A stretch of 64,000 nt of DNA from Candidatus Moraniibacteriota bacterium (lineage in GTDB: Bacteria > Patescibacteriota > Minisyncoccia > Moranbacterales > UBA2206). Position 1 is the stretch's first letter. Every line of letters starts with the position of its first letter. Location: positions 65,267-129,266 of the forward strand of contig JAPLXG010000013.1 in the NCBI GenBank assembly GCA_026396175.1. The letters run 5' to 3'. Of the stretch, positions 29,486 through 39,339 are shown piece after piece. The notes under the pieces were generated by a model. It saw only the letters and a list, made by a program, of their open reading frames with translations. It did not search any database and was not told where the DNA came from. Position numbers and translations under genes: made by a program.

Positions 29486-30745
29486 CTAATTGGCGAAGGA
29501 ATTAAAAAACGAAGACACTTTTTGGATAACGGTTTCCCATAGACTGCTATTTTCTTCATCCGGACCAATTCCAGCATTTGGAAGACCAGGAACAGAAACG
29601 GTGACAGTCGCTTTCGCAGTATCTTTCACCTCCTTGCCATTGGTTCCGCGAACGGTCGCTGTATTTGTCTCAGTTTGAGAAACTATTTTAGTGCAAGTGT
29701 ATCGCCATCTTTCATTAGTATCCAGTTTTGAATCATGATCACCATCGCCGGAAACAAATTTTACCGGGCTGCATTTATCATCTTTGATTGATACAAACTT
29801 CAACGCATTATCACCCTCATTTCTCACGTCATATGTATAGGTAACCAGTCCGGGACCGGAATATAGGGCTGAGGGAGTGGCTCTTTTTCGAACGCTTATA
29901 TCAACGTGGTTACTATCATTGTCCTTATTATCATTTGATGAATCATCCGGAGCTTTGCACACTGCATTGGTAATCGTGTTGTGATCCAGCGTAACATTGC
30001 CATCGCGGGCTAACAGACTTCCATCAACTCTTGCGCCATTTGCCACCGTGATTGAGTTAAGAGCCAGAATGTTTCCCACAAACACCGCAGTTGTATTAAT
30101 AGTGGCTGTATTCACTCGCCAAAAAACATTGCAAGCCTGGGCACTGCCTATTAATTCCACTTCAGCACCATTCGGTCCGACAGTCAGTCCGGTTCCATCA
30201 AAACCCATCTCAAAAATAAACACAGCGTTGGAATCGCCTTGTCCATCAAGAATCAGATGACCTGCTCCTTCCGTAATCTGAAACCTGGTATTGGCAGAGG
30301 AATATACGCCTGGGCTCAATGTCTGACCACCCAATTCGGTGGGAATAATTGTCCCCGGCCCTTGCCCGCTTGCATCGTCATATGCAGTTTCTAAGTCAGT
30401 TTTCGCCTTGTCTACCAAGGTTTTATCTGGTGCGGTACCCTTAAAACATGATGTGTCAATACCATCACCTACGTATGCCGAATTAACGCCGTATATTGTA
30501 CTCACACCGCTCATTTGTGAACACCATAGTCCGATACCAGCAGCGGTAGCCGGGCTCAACCCGACATTTCCAGTAATAGCAGAAGCATGACCGGCATCAG
30601 TAATATTAGGGGTCCCGGCCAATATCGCAAAATCATCGGCTGTGCCAAGATCCACCTGCGTCGCGGCATTAACTTTTCCGGAGAAACCAAGCGCAGTCGC
30701 AAAAGCTAATACAACGACCATTGCAATCCAATTAAATTTTTTCAT
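29486..30745 (-). CDS. Secreted ice-binding-like (DUF3494) protein with a C-terminal Ig-like domain and LPNAG motif
   Basis: Signal peptide; LGTA..FAILAG, L.PGVY, LDGQGD.NAVFIF, AQACNVFW.V, VTLD.N. Confidence 0.85.
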   Translation of the reverse strand: MKKFNWIAMVVVLAFATALGFSGKVNAATQVDLGTADDFAILAGTPNITDAGHASAITGNVGLSPATAAGIGLWCSQMSGVSTIYGVNSAYVGDGIDTSCFKGTAPDKTLVDKAKTDLETAYDDASGQGPGTIIPTELGGQTLSPGVYSSANTRFQITEGAGHLILDGQGDSNAVFIFEMGFDGTGLTVGPNGAEVELIGSAQACNVFWRVNTATINTTAVFVGNILALNSITVANGARVDGSLLARDGNVTLDHNTITNAVCKAPDDSSNDNKDNDSNHVDISVRKRATPSALYSGPGLVTYTYDVRNEGDNALKFVSIKDDKCSPVKFVSGDGDHDSKLDTNERWRYTCTKIVSQTETNTATVRGTNGKEVKDTAKATVTVSVPGLPNAGIGPDEENSSLWETVIQKVSSFFNSFAN

Positions 30746-30868
30746 ATATTTGTTTTATTTATTATTCATTTTTAAAGACAATCTCACTAGGTAAACTATA
30801 CCACAAGAGTAAAGAGTTGACAACACGCTTCTGGCAAAACTGTCAAGTACTGCCACGATACTTTAATA

Positions 30869-30908
30869 AAAATAAAAACTACTGACTTATGTCAGTAGTT
30901 TTTATTTT
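30869..30908. terminator. Perfect palindrome/terminator downstream of tRNA-Glu
   Basis: aaaataaaaactactgac-ttat-gtcagtagtttttatttt. Confidence 0.75.
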
Positions 30909-30912
30909 CTTG

Positions 30913-30987
30913 TGGTAGCCCCAAGGAGAGTCGGACTCCTCTTTCCAGGATGAGAACCTGACGTCCTAACCGATAGACGATGGGGCC
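30913..30987 (-). tRNA. tRNA-Glu(CUC)
   Basis: GGCCCCATCGTCTATCGGTTAGGACGTCAGGTTCTCATCCTGGAAAGAGGAGTCCGACTCTCCTTGGGGCTACCA; encoded CCA; T-loop TCCGA. Confidence 0.9.
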
Positions 30988-31179
30988 ATAAATTGGTACT
31001 AAGGTGAGAACTCACTATTTTTTAATAATAGCTAGGCCCTGTCCGCATCGCTACGCGAAGCGTTGCGGGCGGGCAAAATATCCAAAACGTAGCTTATCAG
31101 CAAATGAAAAAATTATCAAGCATTGATTACCCAGACGAGTCCGCCGGCTGGCGGACTCGTCTCTACCATTTTTACCACG

Positions 31180-32835
31180 TTACCGCACCGACATCACATA
31201 AAAAACATATTTACTATCATTAAATGTGTATTTGTCTGTGATGAGATTGGGACATTTTCCGCGATATTGATCTCTGAGCCACTGATCGGATTCCTGAAAA
31301 ACAATTTGCACGTCGTCGCAATTGATATTGTTCAGTCCATCCAGCGGACGAGAAAAAAGATAGTTTTTTATTTTTGGGTAAGCAATATATTCTGTTGTTT
31401 TCAAACTGGAAGTTTTGCTATTCTGATAGATGGCTGTGTTGTAGGCGGTAATCACATAATTATTCCGATGCACATCCAAATCTTTGATGAGCATCCCCAT
31501 CAGATAGATTTTTCTTTCAAATCCTCCGGCCGTGCGCAAATCGCTTGCCCAAAGTCCGAAATAGACATACATCTGCAAAAAACCACTGACCACGATAACC
31601 GCCACCAGTCCCAACATAAAAGTCAAGGTCAAGTTTGTGCCTCTCGTGCGCAGAGCGATGTCAGTCGAATCACGCATCTTGCGATAAATCTTCAAGATAT
31701 ATTCCAGCGGAAAAACACAAAAAAGGAAGACGCCGGGAATCGTCCCGATGATACGCAAAGAATGCGGAATGCCTTCGATGCTCAAAATTCCAGGCACAAG
31801 CATTACCCAAAAAATACTTTGCGCGAGAATTGAAGGATAAAATAGCCCGGAAAATTTAAAACTTTTTTCCACTTCGGCAATTTTTCTGAATTTTATCTTG
31901 CCCCAAATATTTTCCCCTATTTCTTTCAGACTGATGATAAAACCAATCACGAAAAAGGCCACCCAACCGGCCGGAATTAGTGGTTGATTGTTATAGTTAT
32001 GCCGCGGATTGTTGTCTCCATGCACAAAAAAAGCTTGCAAATGGACGCCTAAACTGGTGAAGAGTGCTTGACCGGTCGTCAATTTGGCAGAATTAAACAC
32101 CGAAACGGCTTGGCTTCGCGCCCAAAAATCACCAAAATGCGTCGAAAAATAAATCAAAATCGGCAAGGCACAAATAATGGAAGCAGTCATAAAAATAGTG
32201 ATGATTTTCCAATTTTTCAAGAAACCTTTTTTTTCAAAAAACAAATAGGCACAGCCGAAAATGATAAAAATGAGAGGCGCAATGCGAAAAGCGATATAGG
32301 AATAAAAACCTAAGCCCAAAAATAACCCAGCCAGAAGGAAAGACCAAAAAACTTTTTTGCTGTTTAAGCCCCGCAAGAAAAAATAAAGCGCCCAAATAAG
32401 ACAAAGTGGAACCATAATTGCCCGAAAGGCCGTGCGGGAAAAATCCAAATGCCAAAAGGAAAAGGCCAGCATAAATACGCCCAAAAGCACCGACAGACGC
32501 GAAAGTTTCAGCTCGCGAAGCAAAAAATAGAAACCGATAAGAGTGAGCGAACCCCACATCGCATTCGCCAGGCGAAGCGATAGACTACTTACACCGAAAA
32601 GTTTAATAAAAATAGCGATAACATTAATATGCAAACCTTCCCGACCGGTGTTTTCCGGATAAAATAATCTATAATCCCCCGTCTCATTGGCGTGAATCGC
32701 ATCAAGTCCGTTATAAGCTTCGTCGTATTGAATGCCCGGTGGAATTGAATCCAATTTCCAAAAACGCAAAAAAATTCCCGCAGCGAGAACTAAGATGACG
32801 AGAAAGTAAAAAATTTTTGAATCTTTTTTTAGCAT
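31180..32835 (-). CDS. ArnT/PMT-like (GT-C) membrane glycosyltransferase
   Basis: LRFW.L..IPPG...DEA loop motif followed by many TM helices. Confidence 0.85.
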   Translation of the reverse strand: MLKKDSKIFYFLVILVLAAGIFLRFWKLDSIPPGIQYDEAYNGLDAIHANETGDYRLFYPENTGREGLHINVIAIFIKLFGVSSLSLRLANAMWGSLTLIGFYFLLRELKLSRLSVLLGVFMLAFSFWHLDFSRTAFRAIMVPLCLIWALYFFLRGLNSKKVFWSFLLAGLFLGLGFYSYIAFRIAPLIFIIFGCAYLFFEKKGFLKNWKIITIFMTASIICALPILIYFSTHFGDFWARSQAVSVFNSAKLTTGQALFTSLGVHLQAFFVHGDNNPRHNYNNQPLIPAGWVAFFVIGFIISLKEIGENIWGKIKFRKIAEVEKSFKFSGLFYPSILAQSIFWVMLVPGILSIEGIPHSLRIIGTIPGVFLFCVFPLEYILKIYRKMRDSTDIALRTRGTNLTLTFMLGLVAVIVVSGFLQMYVYFGLWASDLRTAGGFERKIYLMGMLIKDLDVHRNNYVITAYNTAIYQNSKTSSLKTTEYIAYPKIKNYLFSRPLDGLNNINCDDVQIVFQESDQWLRDQYRGKCPNLITDKYTFNDSKYVFYVMSVR

Positions 32836-32862
32836 AAGATCATTACTGAACCCAACAAAGAA

Positions 32863-33306
32863 TTACCGCGGACTTTGCTCAAGACGTTTATATGTTTCGT
32901 AGGGATTTAAACCAAGTTTTGCGGCATCCATAAAAAGATTATTATAGATACTTTTTGCTTTTTTAACATCTTTTCCAACTGAAATGACTTGATCTGGCAC
33001 GGCCGGATCTTTTTGCTCGTTGCCGATTTTAATATCAGGAAAATAAATAACGTATTCATTGTGAACAGAATCCCAACTCAAAATCATATCAAATTTCCCT
33101 TCGTGCCCGTAAATAGTTTCTCGCTCATGATAGCGAGCCTGTTTTTCTTCTCTCAAAGAATGAGCTTCCTCCAATTGATCATTGGTGATTTCCAATCTTC
33201 CATCTGCCAGCTCTACCGCACCACCAGCCTTCAAAATATCATCATTAGCCTCTCGCGTTTTAATTATTTTTTCTTTCCGAGTCCGCTCGGGCATTTCCAT
33301 GCTCAT
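32863..33306 (-). CDS. Hypothetical protein
   Basis: 147-aa ORF co-oriented with neighbours; no recognised motif. Confidence 0.6.
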   Translation of the reverse strand: MSMEMPERTRKEKIIKTREANDDILKAGGAVELADGRLEITNDQLEEAHSLREEKQARYHERETIYGHEGKFDMILSWDSVHNEYVIYFPDIKIGNEQKDPAVPDQVISVGKDVKKAKSIYNNLFMDAAKLGLNPYETYKRLEQSPR

Positions 33307-33317
33307 ATTTTTTAATT

Positions 33318-35693
33318 TTACCGGATTATCTTACCACCCTTTCCAACCTGATCAATTTTCACTGAAAGCAATTTTGACATTCCGTCTTCTCCCATGGTAA
33401 CGCCATACAGTAGTGAAGCTTGGCGCATTGTTTCGCGATTATGCGTGATGATCACAAATTGCGTTGAATCGGAAAGATCTTGAATAATGCGACCGAAACG
33501 CTTCGAATTTGCTTCATCGAGCGCCGCTTCCACTTCATCTAGGATAGAAAATGGTGGCGGATTGTGCGCAATAATGGCGAAAAGTAGCGCAAGGGAAGTG
33601 AGTGAGCGTTCTCCACCAGAAAGCATCGCGAGACTGGCAATTTTTTTGCCGGCCGGACAGGCAGAAATGTCTATCCCGATTTCGTCCTTATCATCTTCTC
33701 CATCAGCTGGCGGATTCAACTCGCCTTCTTCCGTTTCATTCCCTTGCTCAGTTGCCTCACTTTCCAAAATTTCGTCTTTCGTCCGGCGCGTTTTTATTTT
33801 CACCTTAGTCAAATGCGCGTCCCCACCGCCAAAAATAATGCGGAAATATTTGGAAAATTCTTTGTTAATCTCATCAAAAGTTTCATGAAATTTTTCATTC
33901 ACCTTTTTCTCCATTTCTTTGATTACTTCACGAAGTGAAACAAGGGCGTTTTCCAAATCAGCCGATTCTGTCGTTAAAAATTGAAAACGTTTTTCCGTCT
34001 CATTATATTCCGTCAGAACCAGTGGATCGATGCCACCAATTTGCTCCATCTGGAATTTCAATTTGGCAATTTCTCGTTCCAAGGAAAATTGATCAACTGT
34101 TTCTAATTTTTTGTCCAGAAGCTCCGCTTCCATCTTCAGCTCTTCCAAAATCCGCGCCCGCAAATCTTCTTCACGCACCTCGATTTTTGCCAAAGAAATT
34201 TTAAAATCGTTATATTTATCCTTGAAAGAATTCGTCTCGTCCTGCTTCAAGCGTAATTCGCGCTCAACTTGAAAAAATTGCTGACGCTTTTCGCGATCCA
34301 AGGCAATTTCCGCTTGAATCTCTTTGGCAATTTTTTGTAAATCTTCTTCCAGTGTCCTTATCTCCGCGCGAACTTGGAAAGATTTAGCTCTCAAATCAAT
34401 AATCGCTTGAGAATCTGCTTGAACAACAACTTCAATCGGCTTCGCCTCAACTTTTTTCGCCGGCATAGAAGTTTCCTTTTTGCCTGCCTGCCGGTAGGCA
34501 TGGCCATTTTCAATATCCCCTCGCAATTCCGTCAATTTTTGCTGAATCCTGCGCGCCAATTCTCGCACCGCTTCAATATCTTTCAAATCTTTGGCAACGT
34601 TCAGTTTTTGCACTAAAATTTCCTGGTCGCGCCGAATCTCTTCCAGATTACCTTTGACGTAACTCAAATCTACCGGCTGGCTTTGAATTTTTATCTCTTC
34701 GATGATTTGGATGCTTTTTTGTTTTTCTTTTTCCAGCTCGATCCGTCCTTCGGAAATGATCAGCTCCCGCTCCAAATCATTGAGGCGGGTGCGTTTTTCT
34801 CTTTGGCTTTTTTCCAACTCCTGCAAAGTCTCATTGGTTTTTTCTTCCTTGGAACGTCGATTGACTTCGTCCATCAATTTGTCCGCTTCCCGCTGAATAT
34901 TATTCATCTTTGCGCCTAACGTATCTTTTTCTTCGTTTAATTTCAGCTTGTCCTCATTGAACTTATTCCACAGATAGGTATAGAGCTTAGTTTGTTTTTC
35001 TTTCAAGTCCTTCGCCACAATTTCACTCTGCGCCGCTTTTTCCGCTTGACGCTTGAGCACCCGAAGATGCGGCCTAATTTCTTCGATTAGCTCGGAAGCG
35101 CGCACTAAATTCGCTTTAGTCGTTTCCAGTTTGCGCAGTGATCGTTCTTTTTTGATCTGATATTGCTTCACTCCCGCCGCTTCCTCAATCACAAACCGCC
35201 GTTCCAGTGGCGTGGCGCTAAGAATCGAATCAGCCATTCCCTGATTGATGATCGCATAGCTTTCTTTGCCCACTCCCGCTTTCGCTAGGATGTCCACAAT
35301 ATCTTGCAGTCTCACTCGCGAACCATTGACCAAATATTCACTTTCCCCACTGCGAAAAATTTTGCGACAAATTGCCACTTCAGAAAAATCCAGGGGCAAT
35401 CGTTTTTCACTATTATCAAAATAGAGCGTCACTTGCGCGCTACCCAATTTGGCTTTTTTTCCTGATCCGGCAAAAATAATATCCTCCGATTTTTTGCTAC
35501 GCAAATTTTTCATCGACTGTTCTCCGATCACCCAACGCATCGCATCGGCAATATTGGATTTTCCCGAACCATTCGGTCCAACAATTGCCGTTATTCCCTG
35601 AGCTCCGCCATCTTTCGGTGACGTCGAAAAATCCAACACCGTTTTCGCTGCGAAAGATTTAAACCCATTGATTTCCAGTTTTTTCAAAAACAT
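33318..35693 (-). CDS. smc: SMC-family ATPase, short form (~791 aa)
   Basis: GFKSF, GPNGSGKSN, LSGGE, LDEVEAALD, ITH; ATG 35693 (the ORF extension lies in a repeat tract). Confidence 0.9.
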   Translation of the reverse strand: MFLKKLEINGFKSFAAKTVLDFSTSPKDGGAQGITAIVGPNGSGKSNIADAMRWVIGEQSMKNLRSKKSEDIIFAGSGKKAKLGSAQVTLYFDNSEKRLPLDFSEVAICRKIFRSGESEYLVNGSRVRLQDIVDILAKAGVGKESYAIINQGMADSILSATPLERRFVIEEAAGVKQYQIKKERSLRKLETTKANLVRASELIEEIRPHLRVLKRQAEKAAQSEIVAKDLKEKQTKLYTYLWNKFNEDKLKLNEEKDTLGAKMNNIQREADKLMDEVNRRSKEEKTNETLQELEKSQREKRTRLNDLERELIISEGRIELEKEKQKSIQIIEEIKIQSQPVDLSYVKGNLEEIRRDQEILVQKLNVAKDLKDIEAVRELARRIQQKLTELRGDIENGHAYRQAGKKETSMPAKKVEAKPIEVVVQADSQAIIDLRAKSFQVRAEIRTLEEDLQKIAKEIQAEIALDREKRQQFFQVERELRLKQDETNSFKDKYNDFKISLAKIEVREEDLRARILEELKMEAELLDKKLETVDQFSLEREIAKLKFQMEQIGGIDPLVLTEYNETEKRFQFLTTESADLENALVSLREVIKEMEKKVNEKFHETFDEINKEFSKYFRIIFGGGDAHLTKVKIKTRRTKDEILESEATEQGNETEEGELNPPADGEDDKDEIGIDISACPAGKKIASLAMLSGGERSLTSLALLFAIIAHNPPPFSILDEVEAALDEANSKRFGRIIQDLSDSTQFVIITHNRETMRQASLLYGVTMGEDGMSKLLSVKIDQVGKGGKIIR

Positions 35694-36118
35694 AACATCA
35701 TGAAACATGAAGCATGAAACATGAAACAAAAAAGCTTACGCCTAATTTGTCTTATGCTTCATGCCTGCCTGCCAGTAGGCAGGTTATATGCTATATGTTA
35801 TATGTGTTTTTATTCTACTACACTTTAAAAAATTGGACAACGCCGTTTTTGCTGATATAATTAAAATACGCTTACGCGCAATGAATTTTCTCCGCCAGCT
35901 GGCGGATTAAATTTGAAATCAAGATCAAGTGACTAAATGCTTAAATGATAATTTAAAAATAAACTTCCTCACAGCAAACTAATAAGGCATTAGGGAATCT
36001 ACTTTACCCATTATGTAGCAACCTGCTGGGAATCAAACCCCTGAGTAATTAAAAATTTAATAATTTAGATTTGATTTTAAATTTATAATTTTAAATTTCA
36101 AATTTTTATTGCACTCCT

Positions 36119-37024
36119 ATGCAAGAAATAAAAACCGAAAAATTTAGTTGGATCGATTTCGCGGAACCGAATGCCGATGACATCTTGAAAATCCAAAAAA
36201 GATTCAACCTCCATCCGCTCGTTGTGGAAGAATTTTCCACCCCGACGCTCCGGCCGAAAGCGGCAGAGTATGACAATTGCGTCTATCTGGCAATTCATAT
36301 TCCACTCTATGATAGCGAGAATAAAACCACCTACCCGGGAGAATTAGATATCGTGATTTGTGAAAACACACTAATTACCTCACACGATGTGGAAATTTAT
36401 CAGTTGACTGAATTTTTTAATGAACTCAAGAAAAACAAACAGAAGCGTGAACTCTATATGAACCAAAGCCCGGGAGCGCTCCTGCGCTATCTCTTGGAAA
36501 TGCTTTTAGAATCTTGTTTTCCCCGCTTGGATCATATTTCCAAAAAATTAGACAATATTGAAAAAGAAATTTTTGCCCAACACGAAAAAGAAATGGTCTT
36601 TGAAATTTCCCTCGTCAAAAGAGATATTCTCAATTTCCGTCGCACAATGAAACCGCAACGCACCGTCTTTGAATCACTGACGCAAGAGCACAAGTTTATT
36701 GAAAAAGAATTGCGCCCCTACTTTCAAGATCTGATCGGAACAAACATCCGCATCTGGAATATGCTCGAGAGCGCCAAAGAAACCATCGAGTCGCTGGAAG
36801 CCACCAATAATTCCCTGCTCTCCAACCAACTCGATATGACCATGAAGGTGCTCACGATTTTTTCCGCCATCCTCTTGCCTCTCACGGTTTATTCCAATAT
36901 TATGTCGATGAGCACCAACATCCCCTTCCACACCAGCCCCCTGGCTTTTTGGTTCCACGTTTCAATTATGCTCGCGCTGGCTGTTTTCACATTTATTATT
37001 TTTAAGTTGAAGAAATGGCTGTAA
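36119..37024 (+). CDS. corA: CorA-family divalent cation transporter
   Basis: WID, RPK, MKVLTIFS..LPLT, two C-terminal TMs; GMN signature replaced by SMS. Confidence 0.85.
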   Translation: MQEIKTEKFSWIDFAEPNADDILKIQKRFNLHPLVVEEFSTPTLRPKAAEYDNCVYLAIHIPLYDSENKTTYPGELDIVICENTLITSHDVEIYQLTEFFNELKKNKQKRELYMNQSPGALLRYLLEMLLESCFPRLDHISKKLDNIEKEIFAQHEKEMVFEISLVKRDILNFRRTMKPQRTVFESLTQEHKFIEKELRPYFQDLIGTNIRIWNMLESAKETIESLEATNNSLLSNQLDMTMKVLTIFSAILLPLTVYSNIMSMSTNIPFHTSPLAFWFHVSIMLALAVFTFIIFKLKKWL

Positions 37025-37026
37025 TA

Positions 37027-37136
37027 CTACGAATTACGAACAAATACGAATGTACGAATAAATGCGAAATACTTTAAGAAAAATTAGGCTCAGTTTAAAT
37101 TATATTCGTACATTCGTACAAATTCGTAATTCGTAG
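37027..37136. mobile_element. Gene-less element with 34-bp TACGAAT-type inverted arms (30/34 match)
   Basis: Same arm family as the GxxExxY element at 60124-60587. Confidence 0.75.
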
Positions 37137-37165
37137 AGAAAACCGTAATTCGTAGAGAAAATCAT

Positions 37166-38629
37166 ATGCTGAAACTATACAACACCCTCACCCGCACAAA
37201 AGAAGAATTTAAACCAATAAACCCCGGAAAGGTTGGTTTTTATACTTGCGGGCCAACCGTCTATGATCATTGCCATATCGGACATGCTCGCGGGTATGTT
37301 TCGATGGATGTGATTAGGAAGTACTTGGAATATTCCGGCTACGAGGTGAGATTTATTATGAACTACACTGACGTCGGCCATATGGTTGATGACGCCGAAG
37401 TTGGCGAGGATAAGATTCAAAAAAAGGCCAAGTTAGAAAAAATTGATCCACTAGAAGTGGTGGAAAAATATATTGAATCGGCCAAAGAAGATTTTGAGGC
37501 TTTGAATATCAAACCGGCTAATTTCAATCCCCGACCAACCCAATACATTGCTCAAATAATTAAATTTATCGAAGATCTGATTCAAAAAGGCTACGCATAT
37601 GAAGTTAACGGCTCAGTTTATTTTTCCGTGGAAAAATTTCCCGAATATGGAAAACTTTCCGGCCGAAAAATAGATGAGCTGATCGAGGGAGCGCGCGTGG
37701 AGATTAATCCGGAGAAAAAAAATCCGATGGACTTTGCGCTTTGGATCAAGGCAGAAGATATTCATATCTTGAAATGGAAAAGCCCCTGGAGTTTGGGTTA
37801 CCCCGGCTGGCATATTGAATGTTCCGTGATGTCGTCTGACCTCCTTGGTCAAGACACTTTTGACATTCATGGCGGAGGCAATGAAAATATTTTTCCCCAC
37901 AATGAAAATGAAATTGCTCAAAGCGAAGCCAGTCTTGGCAAAAAAATGGCCAACTATTGGACGCTCTGGAGTATGGTCAACATCAACGGCGAGAAAATGT
38001 CCAAATCCAAAAACAACCATACAACAGTCAAAACAATCCTGGCCAATTATGACCCGATGGTCGCACGGCTTTGGATTATCAGCTCTCACTATCGCAGCAT
38101 CATTGACTATACTGAAAGTTCTCTCTCTCAAGCCAAAACTAATCTGAAAAAAATCACCGACTGGGTCAATAATTTACAAAGTATCGCCACAGACGCTTCT
38201 GATGAAAAGTCTGAGATTAGTTTTACCCATATCTACCAAAAACGTTTCGAAGAAGCGATGGACGACGACCTCAATACTCCGCTGGCGCTGAGTGTGATTT
38301 ATGAATTGATTACAGAAACCAATAAGCTCCTTTCGGAAAATAAATTATCCCCCGCCACCGCCAAAGAAATTCTTTCTTTTTGGAATCGGATCAATAAAGT
38401 ATTAGGATTGAAATTAAAAATGACTCAATACGTGTATTCCAGCCTCACCTTAAACCGTACTATTGAAAACAATATCCCGGAAGAAATAATTTCTCTCGCT
38501 GAAAAAAGAAAAAATGCCAAATTAGATAAAGATTTTAAAAAATCAGATGAATTAAGAAAAGAAATAGAAAAATTAGGCTATGTGATAGAAGACTTAAAGG
38601 AAAATAATTATTCAATTAAAAAATTATAA
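37166..38629 (+). CDS. cysS: Cysteine-tRNA ligase
   Basis: CGPTVYD..HIGH, PGWHIECS, KMSKS. Confidence 0.98.
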   Translation: MLKLYNTLTRTKEEFKPINPGKVGFYTCGPTVYDHCHIGHARGYVSMDVIRKYLEYSGYEVRFIMNYTDVGHMVDDAEVGEDKIQKKAKLEKIDPLEVVEKYIESAKEDFEALNIKPANFNPRPTQYIAQIIKFIEDLIQKGYAYEVNGSVYFSVEKFPEYGKLSGRKIDELIEGARVEINPEKKNPMDFALWIKAEDIHILKWKSPWSLGYPGWHIECSVMSSDLLGQDTFDIHGGGNENIFPHNENEIAQSEASLGKKMANYWTLWSMVNINGEKMSKSKNNHTTVKTILANYDPMVARLWIISSHYRSIIDYTESSLSQAKTNLKKITDWVNNLQSIATDASDEKSEISFTHIYQKRFEEAMDDDLNTPLALSVIYELITETNKLLSENKLSPATAKEILSFWNRINKVLGLKLKMTQYVYSSLTLNRTIENNIPEEIISLAEKRKNAKLDKDFKKSDELRKEIEKLGYVIEDLKENNYSIKKL

Positions 38630-38632
38630 ATA

Positions 38633-38845
38633 CAGGACTTGCGCGTTTAAATTAAATTTGTCATCCTGAGCGGAGTCCTGTAATCAGGACGCAGTCGAAG
38701 GATCTGCTAACCGTAACCCATAGCTTTCTATTCGATATTAGGGCTTACGATAATGGAAAGTAGATCCCTGCCTACCGGCAGGCAGGCTTCGGCTTCGCTC
38801 AGGATGACATGGTTTAGTTGTTTTTAAACAAACGCGTAAATCCTA
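38633..38845. mobile_element. Nested palindromic MITE-like element, copy 2
   Basis: Same arms as 3547-3769. Confidence 0.8.
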
Positions 38846-38853
38846 AAAACACT

Positions 38854-39129
38854 ATGGATGATTTTTGCGATTGCTCAAGTTGCCCGCACCATTGCGGTGG
38901 AGATGATGAAATAGATACTCCGGCCGATGATAAGCTGGGAACAACAACTCCAAACTCAGACGAATCCGGCGAAGCTTCTGATGACGAAGACGCCGCCAAG
39001 GTTTCGGCTGTCGAATCCGCCGACGCTAAAGCTATGGCGGACAAGAAAGTAGATCATCTCAAAAAAGACATCATTGAGCTTGGTTTTAAGTTGGAAGATA
39101 CTGAGGATGGGATTAGAGTGATGATGTAA
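38854..39129 (+). CDS. Small acidic protein with N-terminal CxCxxCxxxC
   Basis: MDDFCDCSSCPHHCGG...; ATG 38854 just outside the repeat. Confidence 0.65.
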   Translation: MDDFCDCSSCPHHCGGDDEIDTPADDKLGTTTPNSDESGEASDDEDAAKVSAVESADAKAMADKKVDHLKKDIIELGFKLEDTEDGIRVMM

Positions 39130-39339
39130 TAAATATTTTATCCCACAATCATTCTCTGTAAAATGAGAATTGAGCAGCAAAAGCATGGCTCATTAACCAT
39201 GAGTTTAGTTGTTGGCAACATAGGTCATTGGCAGTAAGACTAGTTATAAGTTTTTGGTCTTAAGATTTTTCTAAAGACTTATAGCTGAAGACCTATCTTA
39301 TTGCCAACGACCATTGTTACTTACGACCATTATCTTTAT

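Noticed and set aside
23600-30987. Integrative island anchored at the tRNA-Glu 3' end
   Set aside because: No integrase and no duplicated tRNA 3' end was found.
31123-31833. Long antisense ORFs (also 2049-2726, 45779-46453, 47042-47683 and others)
   Set aside because: They are shadows of well-supported genes on the opposite strand, with no motifs or ribosome-binding sites.
35960-36055. M-box (ykoK) riboswitch upstream of corA
   Set aside because: The conserved ykoK sequence blocks are not recognisable; only weak pairing is visible. An Rfam search would be needed.
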